A stretch of DNA of 64,000 nucleotides from Rhizaria sp. SCN 62-66. Lineage: Eukaryota. Under the pieces are notes generated by a model. The model was given only the letters and a program-made list of their open reading frames with translations, was not told where the DNA came from and did no database searches. The stretch is from contig MEDY01000018.1 in NCBI GenBank assembly GCA_001724265.1, forward strand, positions 62,001-126,000. The letters are read 5' to 3'. Shown here in pieces: positions 35,201-47,636 of this stretch. Both the position numbers and the translations under genes were made by a program. Within the stretch, counting starts at the first letter, position 1; each line of letters opens with the position of its first letter.

Positions 35201-38200
35201 CATAAGCAGCAAGCGCACTAACGCCCGCGTAAACAACGGCATTGTTGAGTTTCCGTCCCCACCCGCACTTACTCACACTCGCAGTGCAACAGGTCGCGGC
35301 AACGCTTACATAGCTGCAACAACAGCGCATTTGCCTCTTAATGTCTGTCGTGCGACGAGCACGAGCAGAGCTACTGGTACCGCAAATGAATCAACTTCGG
35401 CCGCGGATGCAAGAAGCAGTGTGTGGTGGTGGCCGCTACGCTGGATTGGCATTGGGTTAGAGCGTTCTAGTGAAGGCTATTACTATTAGCAGCAGCACAA
35501 TCACGACGACGACGATCCCACCGACACCAGCGCCCATGGGAACAACGCGCGCACTGTTGGCGCCGAGCGGCAGTTTCTCTCGCCAATGTCACCACTACCG
35601 CCGCCTGCAGAAATGCCAAACATTAACTCCGCTGCGCACAGACATTACATGCAACAGCAAGAACAAATCCGACACGCTTCTGTTGATGATGTTAACAATG
35701 CGACAGGCGTCAACGGCAGCAGCAGTTTAGGGATTGGTCTGACTGGAAATCTAACAGGGCTTTCAACAAATGGCAGTGGTCGGTCTTTGATAGCGTCCTC
35801 TGCAGCCGCGGCAGAGCCTGAAATCGCTCGCGGCAGTGCTAACGATGGACGTATATTTGCAGTTATACGCTCATCGGGTGACGCAAGTGCAAGCACCCCA
35901 TTGACTCCATCTCCGCTAACGCTGTTTACGCTTACTATTGCTGTTATCAGCGTAGTCACTCTATGCGTACATCTGTACACATCCGTGGCGTTTGCTATCA
36001 ATGGCAGCAATAGCGATGCCGGCAACAATGGTTACGGCAATGATCTGTGGTGGTACGGAGTGACTGAGAGCTTGCCCTTAGATCCACGGCCACCGGGCAC
36101 GTACAACGAGAACGGCGAGCTCGTTTCTGTTCTGAGTAAAGTTGAGTCCGACATTGCGGACGGCAAATCTATTGGCGGCGTGGCGTTTGCGTGGCAGCAA
36201 CGCGATCGCAAACCTTATTATCCGTACCTTACGCGAATTCATGCTGATAATATGGTTAGCGACGAAACTGTAGGACCGCGATCTCACGTTGTAACAACTC
36301 TCCACGCCAACGTTGACACGGCTACAAGCACCAATACCGCCAGGGCTAGCTCCGGTAACAGCAACACTAATGCTGAAACTGACGATAGCGACTCCCTTGT
36401 TGCAGTCTCGCGTGTGTCACTGCCTCGCTCGATCGGGCATAACGAAGGTGACTTTGGCTATGTTCCTTTCATCTCAGCACTAACTTCGACATCAGGGCTG
36501 CAGTACTACGTCCCAAGGCACCATACAGCGCGCGTATGCGCACGCAATAATCCAACAGCCGCGTCCTCAACTGCATCGGCAGCAGCAGCGCGGCTGCGGC
36601 GGTGGTCGCGGCTCCACAATCACACTCACGGTCGGTATGGCACGGATACGAGTGATCGCGGAGATCGCGACCGCAGTAGCACTAGCAACGCTAGTGATAA
36701 GGACGACGATAGTTGGGCAGCTGCTGCGTGTGCGCCGAAGAGTGATGTCAGCAAGGACTTATATTACGACCGCTACATCGACGACGGCTTAACTTTGGAA
36801 GAATCCGTTTACTCTGATGACGACGATGAGAGCGACACAGTTGCTGGTGTCACCAATCTAAATAGCAACATAACTTCTCGGAGCAACAACGATGCAAACA
36901 CAAACGCTACGACAATCTCGGGGAGTCACAAGCCTGAAGAAAACGCAAGCGCTGCTCGTGTGACTGCGACAGTAAGTGCCAGTGTTAATGGTAGCAACCC
37001 GGCCGAGACAAGGACGACAGGTCCCTTTGCTGGCGATCTTACCAGCAACACGGCTGATGCAAGCCGTGCAAGCGCCGGTGCTGCCCCTACTGAGACAGCA
37101 ACAACCGTAACAACCACCGTCACCGAATCGAACACTGTAGCGAATGCCACGGACGCAAATAATAGCACAGCTACAACAACTACGACGACAACAACAGCAA
37201 CAGAAGTTGCTCGCAGGCGCGCGCGATTTGTTGCGCCAACCTTTGAAGTGCCCACAGTTAGTGTGGCAAGTCTCGAGCACTGGGCTCACATCCCATCTCT
37301 GAAGCCACGTGCTGATGTAACCGAAGTTCCCGTACGTTTTGAAAACGAAAGAAATCAAACTTCAATGTTCATATTGTCTACAAACCGGTTGCAACAATGA
37401 AAAGACTGTTTTCACTTGAAATGACGATATCACCTTCGTACTTTGACCGTGAACTCATTTTACATTTCTTTTCAACGAGTGCTCATTCCAGATCTTGGGC
37501 GACTGGGGAGCTGTAACTCCTGCGCAAGCTCGTGTTGCAGCACAAATGCGCGCATACTTTGCATCTCGTCACGTCCCTTTCGTGGTCTCAACTGGAGACA
37601 ACATCTACTCGACGGGACTTGCTGAGGGTGGCGGCTTGATTTCAAAGCACGCGCCGCAGCGGCGTGCTGTGAGGCAGAAGGCGCGCAAGAAGCGAGAGAA
37701 CAAAGAGTTTGCGAGTGTGATTGCAAACGGCAAGCGCGACCGCGGGCGCTTAGTCAATGTTTTAGAATCATCGCGTGATAACATTGTTACAAGTGATTTG
37801 ATTCATACGACTGCGCCGAGCCATCGAGCTGCAGGTGAATCTGCAGCCTCAACGACAGCCACAAGCGCAACACTCACAACAGATAATGAGCACACTCTTG
37901 ACGTTAATAACCGTGCAAGTGATTATAGTCGTGAGCGTATTGAGACTAAGCGTGAACGTGATATCGCAGAAGATAACGGCGACTTGATTGATGGTATTTT
38001 TGAGGATCCGTACATTGACACTGCTCCAAACGTTCCTTGGCACTTAACCATGGGTAACCACGATTGCTATGGTGATGTTGACGCGATGATTGAGTACACA
38101 AATGCGATCGACCCTGCGACTAAACTTCCGTACACGCGACTTAATTTCCCAGCGCGATATTACGAAGTCGATTTGCCCATACCTGCTGCAAAGAGAACAA

Positions 38201-39552
38201 CAACGCCAGCAACAGGTTCTGCAGCCGCCAGTTCTACTGACAATTACGGCAACAATACGGCCACTTCCGGGGGCACCAGCACAACCAACGCCGGCTTTGT
38301 TCGTTTTCTGTTGCTAGATACATGCTCTCTTGTCTGTGCTGACCCTAACCACGCTGTCAACATGTACGAGTACTTACAGTGCAAACACATGCGTCACAAC
38401 GCATTAACTGCAACGCGCGTTGCGCAATCCAAATGGCTTAAGTCTCGCATCATCAGCGCTGAAACGACAGAAAGCATTCGCGGTGTCGTGCTTGTTGGTC
38501 ACCACCCTGCGTTCTCAGTTGGTCCCCATGGAACAAACCTCGCGCTCTTGTCATTCCTAGGCTCCGCAGTGCGTGGCCGCAAGACGCTGATGTACGTAAG
38601 TGGGCACGATCATACGCTGCAACACTTTGAGATTCCGCGCGATAAGTGGGTTGGCGCTTACGGCTTCGTCGAAAATCCGATTAAGCGCTACTCTTTCATG
38701 AAACAGCGCAACAGCAGCAATGCTCAAGGCAATAACGATGACTTGCCACCGTTTCATCAAGTTGTTTCCGGTGCAGGTGCTGTTCGCGCTCACGGCCAGT
38801 CCTACCACGGTCCGTTTCCTCCCATGCTGTTCCCGTACTCATCACGCGCCCCGGGGCTTAAGCGCTGTTTTGAACACTGGGGAAGAACGCAGGCTGTTGT
38901 GCGCGGCCGTGAACGCACGTCCGCTCGTGACCGTATTCGTGACCGTGATCTTGATAAAGAGTGCGGGCAGCCTGGTTCTGGTGTCATGGAAGCAGCTGTT
39001 TCCGCAGCGTTACGCATTCCCACTGATAGGCGCATTTACGACGCAAGCGATGACTCCGCTGATGGCGGTAACTCAACCAATGCTAGCCCTGAGGCTCTTG
39101 CACGTAATCAATGCAGTGACCCTCGCGGCGACTGCGGTCCCACCTTCGCGCCATTTACTGACCCCAAGCGCGACTACACAACCGTAAACAACAGAGCCAC
39201 CGCCAGCCCCGGCCCTCGCTCGCGCTCTCGCCATGGTGGTGCTGACTCGAGCCGTGACCGTGAGCACACAGCGAAAGAAGGAGACCGCTGGTTTGTGCCT
39301 CGATTAGAGCGTTTTCCGCATCCTAACCCATTTCTCGCCCCTGAAGCCACGCTTTATAGATATCCGCACTACTTAGCAGGGCTGCCGCAGTGGTTCGAGA
39401 GTTATCAAAACGCGTTGCCGGTACCGGCGGCGCAGATGTTTGGTGCGACTACTGGCTTTGTGACTCTGCGCGTTTCGCGCTATGGCGTGAAATGTGTGTT
39501 TATAGACGCGGAGGGAAGAGTTATTCACCAGTTTGCGCAGTTGTACGCCTGA
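32268..39552 (+). CDS. Membrane-anchored purple/tartrate-resistant acid phosphatase-like metallophosphoesterase with a very long low-complexity N-terminus, ~2374 aa. Exons 32268-37331 and 37492-39552; in-frame TAG at 32448, 34416 and 35487
   Basis: Metal-ligand motifs ILGDWG, STGDNIY, GNHD, VGHHP and YVSGHDH, plus VVSGAG. TM helix LFTLTIAVISVVTLCVHLYTSVAFAI. The four upstream ORFs (32268, 32460, 34425, 35586) share one frame and are separated only by TAG. Ends TGA. The start position is less certain than the catalytic domain. Confidence 0.78.
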
Positions 39553-39933
39553 ATCAAGGCGACATCGCTCAACCGTGATTAAAACAAACAACACTTTCTC
39601 CTTTTGACCAATGGCATGTTACTCACCATGGTCACGTCGAACAATGTTGATTCACAAAGATAATATCGGATATGACATTTACATGTACATTTTTATTATA
39701 CTCAAGTACGAGCAGTTCAGTCTAATACTACCTATCGGTATTATCAGACTCATTGTAGGACGAAACCAAGCTAAAGGAACAGTGAAATTAAACACACAAT
39801 AAACTCAACAGCTCCCCTGACCCGAACTAACACTAAGTCACCCCAGCTAGCAACGCCAGCAAAGCATGTAATCTCAAGAAAATAAGCTCTCTTGCTTGAC
39901 CATCGTCTCATACGACACCGAGCCTCATGTGCT

Positions 39934-42900
39934 TCACAGCAAGTCACCAGCGGCAGCAGTAGTCGCAGCCGCGGGGGCAGGGGCAGGAGCAGTGGTACCG
40001 TTGGCCTTGGCCTCGTCCCACGCGTGCTTGGCGATGCTGTAGGCCACCTTGTCCGTCGTCGCGGCGTCGACGGCCTTGATTTCGCTGATCGCACGGTTGA
40101 CGTACGCACGCCACGCCTCGCCATCCTGCGGCGCGCTCGCGGCGACCGCCGAAGGGGCCACCAGCCTGCGCTGCACGCGCGGCGACATGATGAGCGACGA
40201 CGACGGTGACAGCACCGCAGGCGCAACAGTCGCGTTGACGCTGCTGCTGCTCTCTGAGGTGCTGCTCTCGGCAGCGGTCACCACAGGCGCCCCCGCAATT
40301 ACTGTCGCGCCGCCCGCACTAGCGGCGTTGGCGGCGTTGACGGCGGCCGTAATGCTCGCGGCGGACGTCAGTGTGAGCGTGTTGCGCTTGGCCCGGATGA
40401 TCGAGGGCCGGTTGAGCGCGGCCTTGGGGTCCGCGCTGGGATCGCGCTGATGGCTATCCCACTTGGCCTCGGGGTCGTGCTTGATGACGTCGGCCACGAG
40501 CGCGGAGATCACGCGCGCGCGCACATCGGCGTCGTCGAGCGTCGACGCGTCGAACGACTCACCGATGTCGCTATCATCATCATCCTCAGCAGCAGCGGCC
40601 GCGGCGGCCTTGGCGAGGGCGGCGGCGCGCTTGGGCTTGAGACCGGTCGCAGTCGAGCCTGCGGCGGACTCGGGGCCGACCTCAGAGCCAGAGCCAGACG
40701 CAGCAGCGGCGGCAGTGGCAGCGGCAGCGGGGGGCTTGCCGCCGCTGCCGCGAGCAGGCGGCAGAGTGACAGCGGGGGCGGCGGCGGCGGGGCCGGCGGC
40801 GGCGACGTCGGCCTTGGCGGCGGCCATGACAGCGGGGTTCGAGGCAATGGCCTGCTCTTGCTTATCGCCCACTGCCTTGCGCTCGGCGCGGCGCGCGACC
40901 TTGCGCATGCGGGCCTGAGGGATGGGATGCAAATGAAAGGAAACCAGAGTGATGAAGATGTGAGATAAAAGGCATAAATGTAGATAAATCGGCAGTAAAG
41001 TATAAATTAAGTTAAAAACACCTAAATACATTCTAGAACATAATACTACGGCATATTGCAGGGGAATCATAGAGATATATGCGCACCTCCTCCTGGCGGC
41101 GCTGAACCTCCTCGGGCGACAGCGAGCTCTGCTTCTTCTTGGTCTCCTCCTCCTCCTCCGCAGCCAGCGCGGCGGCGGCGTCGGTGCAGCCGGCCTCGGC
41201 GGCGGCGGCGCGCGCAAGCTTGGCCAGGCGGCGCTGCTCGAACAGCTCCTGCGCCTTCTGCTCGGCCTTGATGCGGCGACGCTCCGTCAGCATCTGTGGC
41301 GAAAGCAAAACATCATAGAAGACAACATAGATTTGATGTAGCACAAGATATGAGAGAATTGAAAAAAAACGCGGATTCTACACAAATAATGTAGAAGCAG
41401 AGCTTGAATTATCATAATATTGTAATTTGGTTTTTTTGAGTGAGATAGATGCGAATAAGCGTACCTCCTGCGTGGCCGCGGTGGGGCCGACGAGCTCCTG
41501 GAAGCACGACACAAGATACTCCTTCTGCCTGCACAGATAGTACTCGTAAATGTACCCGCCAACCTCGCGACGCATCTTGTACTTGTTGTCGCGCATCTCG
41601 GTCCACCCGGCGGCGCGCGCCGACTCGGGTGTCATGGTCTCGAAGTAGCAGCACGTGGCCACGGCCATCGAGAACTCGGGCGAGCAGCCCACGAAGAAGG
41701 AGCCGCGCTCTTTGATGAACACCTGCCCGTCCTGTGTTAGAGTGTGCGCAAAATCAAAATTAAAACATAAAGTTGAATGAATATAAGTTAGATTGATGTC
41801 AGATTGATGTCATGCGAATTCGTTGGAAAAAAAAAAATGGCAAATCATGGTGTTTTGTTCATGATAACTAGGCGTACCTGGTCCCAGCGGAACTTGATGC
41901 ACACAAAGGGCGCGCCAATCTTGGACAGTGAGTTCTTCTGGTACTTAGTGCCCAGGAAGTCGACCAGCTGCTCGAGCTCGTCGATGTAGAACTTCATCCA
42001 GTTGTGGTAGCCCAGCACGTTGCCGACCTTCTCTCCGTCGGGAATCGAGATCTCGCCCATGAACACGTGCTCAAAGCCGCTGCAGTAGCGCACAATCACG
42101 CGCTGACGCGTGAAACCCTCGGGGAGCGCCTCGCCGTCCTCGCCGTCGTTCGCGGCCTTAGCCTCAGTGCTGCTGTGGCCGCTGTTAGCGTTGGCCTCGT
42201 CGTTGCTCTTGGCCTCGGCCTGGGCTACGGCGAGCGCGGCCTGCGCCTCTTCGAGCTTGGTCTTGGCCTCCGCCAGCCGCGCAGTGAACTCCTCCACCAG
42301 CCTTTCGTCGCCCTTGGCCTCGGCCTTGGCGATGCGCTCGTTCTCGGCCTCGACATCGCGCTGCGCGGCCTCGAGCTCGCGCAGGCACTGGGTGACGCGG
42401 GGTGCCACGACCTCGTCAACCGTGAGCGTGTGGAGCTCAAACCACATACGGAACATCTTCTTCTTGAACTGCGCGGGTGTGAACTCGAACTTAAGCACCT
42501 GCGTTATGTAGATGTACGCCGCCTGCATGGCCGGGGTGATGAGGATGGCGGTGAGGAAGTCGTCGATTTCGTCGAGCTCGCCGTCGTTAAGGTACTCGAT
42601 GTTGTTCACCCAGGCGTCGTAGTTGTCCATCAGCGCCAGGAACGTCTTGTACGTGGGACCCGACATCGCGGCCGTCTTAACCGTGTGGAACAGCGGGTTG
42701 GGCGCCGCGTCGTCGAGCGAGTCGGCAGAGCCGGGCGCGCGGGACTGCTTGTCGAGCAGGATATCGGCGTTGGGATCGACCCAGGTGCCGTCGTCGTCGC
42801 GGTCAGAGACAGAGCAGCGGTTCACGTCGGCGTCCCAGATCGTGTCGAGGATCGTTTGCGGAGTGAGGGCTGAGGCGTCGGGCAGCTTGACCGAAGCCAT

Positions 42901-43074
42901 GCGCAGCGCGAGCTCCTGGATCGGCGTCGGCTGGTTCATCAAGTGCACGGCCGAGGCAAGCGCCGTGGTCGTCATCGTCGTGCCCTGGCGCAGCAGCTCC
43001 TCAGTCGCTGCGAGCACTTCGGGCGAGGGGATGTGGTCCAGAACGAGCGCGGACGTCGGTGAGGATGACGCCAT
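39934..43074 (-). CDS. EndoU/XendoU-family uridylate-specific endoribonuclease with a coiled-coil insertion and C-terminal extension, ~883 aa. Exons 43074-41878, 41731-41465, 41293-41087, 40914-39934
   Basis: IWDADVNR, PTYKTFLALMDNY, CSGFEHVFMGE, GYHNWMKFY, and IKERGSFFVGCSPEF (His-His-Lys triad). Three phase-0 GT-AG introns. Ends TGA. Confidence 0.87.
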
Positions 43075-43782
43075 TGTCCTGCGGTACAGGAAAAATATTG
43101 ACACGTGTGGAAACAAAAATGATACGATATTATACGAAATAATGTGTACACGCAATATTCGTCGGTTCTGTGCTCTCAAGCGGATATCCTGGCACGTAGT
43201 GCATGCATGAACGGAGGACCACGCCGGTTTGAGGAGTGTGCACTCGAATGAATCTTGAAGTTCGGAGAAGGAGCGCCTCGACATGCATACCGCACGCTGC
43301 ACGCACACAAAAATAGAATCTATAATAAAACAACATGTAATATCCTGGAAAGCCGCTTAAACGCGATTGAACGATCAAGAAGTGTCACCTGAGCTACTTA
43401 TTTGGACACTGGACGACCGTTCAGCCTACCAACACAGCCGACCAACTCGGTCGGTTCGCAAAAAGTCGGAAAAGTAATACTCGGTCGGGAGCGATGCCGA
43501 AAGACAAAGAAGACGTGCAGCGGCATGCAAACTCCGTGTATAGACCTCTTGCTAATTTTATTGTATTAACACTTATGCATAATACCCACTCATTCTCTAT
43601 CATTTCCGTTGACCTTTGACAACCCTTGTTCCGCGCGCAGGTTAGCAACCCCTACTCTGAGAGCGTTGAACTACCGCCTCGCCCCACCTTTCCGTTCCCT
43701 TTACAGCCCCCGTCTGTAAACTTCCTCGCTACTGGTCGTGTCCCAAACGCTGTTCCCCGCGTTTTCCTTCCTTCGTTGCGAA

Positions 43783-44561
43783 ATGCTTTCCTCGATCCGC
43801 TGCACCGGCTTCGGCGTGCTCTCCAAGTCGGGCATGTCCCTTCTCTCCGCGTCCACTTCCTTCACCGCGGGCTCTTCCCTCTCCTCGCCTGCCGCGTTCC
43901 CGGCCACGCTGGACCTTGTCCGCACGGCCACCAAGAAGGCCGGTGGTGTCGTCGTCAACAAGTCCGACTCCGCCGGTCGCCACCTCGGTGTCAAGCGCTT
44001 CGGCGACGAGGAGGTGACTGTGAGCAACATCATCGTCCGCCAGCGTGGTACCAAGTACCACCCCGGCCTCAACGTCTACATGGGCAAGGACCACACGCTG
44101 CACGCCGGCGTTGACGGCAGTGTCAAGTTCTCCCGCGCCTACATTGCCGGCCGCAAGCGCGTGCGCAAGTGGCGCACCTACGTCAGCGTCATCCCCGCCG
44201 GCCAGACCGACCAGGTTCGTTTCTCTTTCCTCACCTCTTCTCAAATCTCTCAGTTTCGCTGTGATATATTCGCTATGTTGGATGGTACTCTGCTCAAGCT
44301 GTAGTTCTATATGTGTTGGCTGTTTTTGTGTCATACTCTGACTCTCTATCGTCTTTTGTTTCGAATCTCACTTTCTCTCTACCCCGTCCCTTGCTTTGCC
44401 ACTTGCTGTGCTTGTATGACGTATAGTGCGTTGTCGACTTCACCGCGACGCAGCAGTACCGCCTGCTCGACGACCCTATCTACCGCCAGATGCAGAAGGA
44501 GCGCCACGTCAAGAACGCCTTCCTCAACGAAGACTTCGCCCCCAACAGCCGCTATGATTAA
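43783..44561 (+). CDS. MRPL27: Mitochondrial ribosomal protein bL27m, ~188 aa. Exons 43783-44214 and 44427-44561
   Basis: Presequence-like N-terminus, then ATKKAGG...[13 protein letters not shown]...[33 protein letters not shown]...TAG intron. Ends TAA. Confidence 0.92.
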
Positions 44562-45159
44562 GCCTACAATCTGTAAGCGCAGGCACTCTAACTACGTGGC
44601 TACACGACATGTGGCGCGCACGACACCACTGCGCGATGCTGCCTCAACACGGAAACATTGCTGCGTCAAACGCGCTGCTCGTGCAACGCTGATAACGCAG
44701 AGAACACGAGGGTACTACAAACTTGTGCCTTTGCGTCGCTTTGTCATCTCGCTGGCGGAGGCTTTGCGATCAGACCGTTAGCGTTTCTTTGCTGAACTGA
44801 GGACTGTTACTGAGACGTACTTTCAGAATGTAAAGCTAGTCTTCTCTGTTTGAGCCCCTTGCAATCCGCAGTCGTTGTGTGTTTGGTCGTTATGTGCCAG
44901 GTCGGTCGGAATCAACAACATAATTTAAGATGAAGATGTATCATTATTCGGAAAACTAAGAAAAAACAACAACATTATAATCAATCTCAGTTTATATATT
45001 CTACTCATATTCTATTCTCAGATACATGTATGCAAAATACAAAACATATCTCTAAACAACTGCGTAGAACATACTCACAACCACTCTTTATTCGATTATC
45101 AATCCCTGCCTGTACATATAATGTATATCCACTGTTGCCACAGAGTATGTGCCAACCTC

Positions 45160-47636
45160 TTAGATCTCCTCGCCCGCGATGCGGTCTAAGTACGCCTGCC
45201 ACGCCTCATCACGGTACCGGGCCGCCGCCGCCGCGACAGCATCCTTGCCCCACTCGCCCTCGCTCCCAACCACCTCGCCTTCCGCCGCCGCCACGGCCGC
45301 CGCCCCCGTTGTGGCTGCCGCATCCGTGGCGGTTGAAGACGAGGCGTCAGTCCTATCTGTTCCACTGCCAGCGTTGGTGTTCGGCACATCAGCTGCAGTG
45401 GCGGTAGCTGGGGTGTCCTTAGATGGCTTGGGGCGGTGTAAGTATTTGATGATGCCACGCCCGACGATGATGACGTCCGCGTTGCGGGCCATGACGGCGC
45501 TGCGCACAGTCACATACTGCTGCCCAAGCTTGTCACCGCTCACGCCACTCGGCGTCGGAGCGCCAGAGCCTGTGGTGGCTGCTGACTCTGCAGCGGGGAC
45601 CTTAGGCTGAGCCGGTGTGTTGATGTCGGGCATGCTGACGCCCGGGGTCATCATCACGAGTTCCAACGCCCGAGCCTGTCCGCCGCCGGGTGTGGTTACT
45701 GCAGGGCTAGCGCTGTAACTGCTGCCAGTTGAGTTGAGAAGCGGTGCGCGCGACATCATCTCAGTGCCTTGTCCGATCAGGCCGCAAACCACACTCCCCC
45801 GGTATGCTGCAGTGTTCTTGCTCTTGTTTGCAGCGTTGTTGTTGTCAGCGATCATGGCGATGGCACTGTCGGTGTATTGCTAAGTCAGTAAGTTGCCCTT
45901 GCTCGACATGTGCGCGAGCAGCAGCACACCGCGCGTGCCGTGACTCGGCTCACGCAGCGCAGACACAATGGCGCTGGCAGCAGCGCCGTGACCGGAGCCA
46001 GCCGTGCTGCTGCTTGTGGTGTTCAGGTTGCCCGCGTCAGATCTAGCGCTGTTTTTGCTAAGCTCGGTAATTGCCTCGCTAACGCCGGTAAGCAAGCCAG
46101 GACCTGGAAGCGCATGTGCCGTGATCATGTGAGCCCACTATAGGGGCTTGAAGACGCCACCGCTGCACTGCAGCATTGCCGTGTGACCGATGTCACTAAG
46201 CTTACGATCCTCGAACAAGAGGAATCTACAACGACAAAGGTAAACATGTAAGTCTTAAAATAATAAACATTTGAATGACATTGAATCTCAATCGAAGGAG
46301 CAAACTCAGCGTTAATTGATGGAAGTAGAAAGATAACGTACCCATGCTTGATTGCGAGCCCACTCAGCGCTTCGGTAACTTGTGAAGTGAAATCGCTAAG
46401 GATGTCGACATGCGTCTTTAACACCGCGATATAAGGCCCCGCAGCGTCTGCAACTGCAAGCAAGTCTTCCGTTGTCGTGACATCGGCAGACAGGCAGAGG
46501 TTGCTCTTCTTAGCGCACATCAGCTCAAACAGGGACTGTGTGACAGGGTGACAATGCAGCGCATGGCGCGCCGGGAAGTTAAGTCGTGAGCTCACAGTTA
46601 CTGCGCGCGGTCCCGAAGTTACACCGCCGTGGTTACCAGTTGTCGCAGCATCAACAGAAGCAGCAACAGCAGGAACATGAGCAGCAGAAGCAGCAGGACC
46701 AGCAGCAGGACCAGCAGCGCCACTGCTCATGCTGCCGACAGTCGAGACAGCAGCAGGCGGTGACGCGGTGACCGCACTGGGGCTTATCTTTGCGCCTGCG
46801 CCAGTGCCTGTGCTAGCGCCAACCTGGTTGTTTTTGATGAAGTCGAACACACGGTCAATGACGTCCTGCTCCAGGAGACTCTCCTTCTTCAGCACCTGCA
46901 TCATCGTCGTGATCGTGAGCACCGCGTGCAACCGGATCCCGTTGCGCCGCAGCACCGCCGCGCCGCCCTGCTCGCGGTCAATCAGCACCACCACGTCCGT
47001 GACGGCGATTCCGCTGTCGTTTGCCGTGAGAGGCGCGACGGTCTCGAGAACCGATGCGGCACTCGTGACCAGGTCTTCCACAACAAGGCAGTTGTCGCCG
47101 GGCTTCCAGGAACCCTCGATAAGCTTGCCCGTGCCGTAGGACTTAACCTCCTTGCGGCGCATTACCATGGGGACGTTGTGCGCCAGAGACATCACAGTCG
47201 CGATTGGCAACGCAGTATAGGGCACGCCACAAAGCAACTGGTAACGGGTGTTGCTGCTCTTTGTCTCCGCATTCTCGCCCTCACTCTGCGCTAGCGCAAC
47301 ACCACCGTTTGCTGCGTTTTCGGTACTAGCAGAGGACGTAAGCGTGGTGCCCGCGCCGTCGCTGTGCGTGTTACCTGGCGCAGTGAACGTGTTGGCCTCG
47401 TCCCACATCAACCGCGCAGTCTCTTGCAGCAGCTCCGGGTGCGACACCAGCTCGCGCAGGTCGATGTAGATCGGGGACTCGAGCCCGCTCTTAAGCGTAA
47501 ACGTGCCAAATTTAACCGCGCCAATACGGTGCAGCGCGAGCACGAGCGCGTTGATCGCGTCAGCCTTGCGGACCGCAGGCGCTTTGGGGGCGGGCGCTGG
47601 GACGGCAGCGGAGGCACTCTTCTTGCGCGGTGGCAT
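45160..47636 (-). CDS. UMPS: Bifunctional UMP synthase (OPRT + OMP decarboxylase), ~786 aa. Exons 47636-46342 and 46225-45160; in-frame TAG at 46140-46138 and 45882-45880
   Basis: OPRT motifs: FGTFTLKSGLESPIYIDLR, CGVPYTALP, RRKEVKSYGT, VVEDLVTSAAS. ODC motifs: NLCLSADV, LKTHVD, FEDRKLSDIGHT, LLLAHMSSKG, MTPGV, GDKLGQQY, DVIIVGRGI, YRDEAWQAYL. Ends TAA. Confidence 0.95.

Noticed and set aside
45880-46140. Pyrrolysine insertion or A-to-I editing (UAG to Trp) as the explanation
   Set aside because: The sites are non-catalytic, polar or disordered positions in unrelated proteins where Trp is implausible, and pyrrolysine is not known in eukaryotes. U-to-C editing cannot be formally excluded without RNA data.
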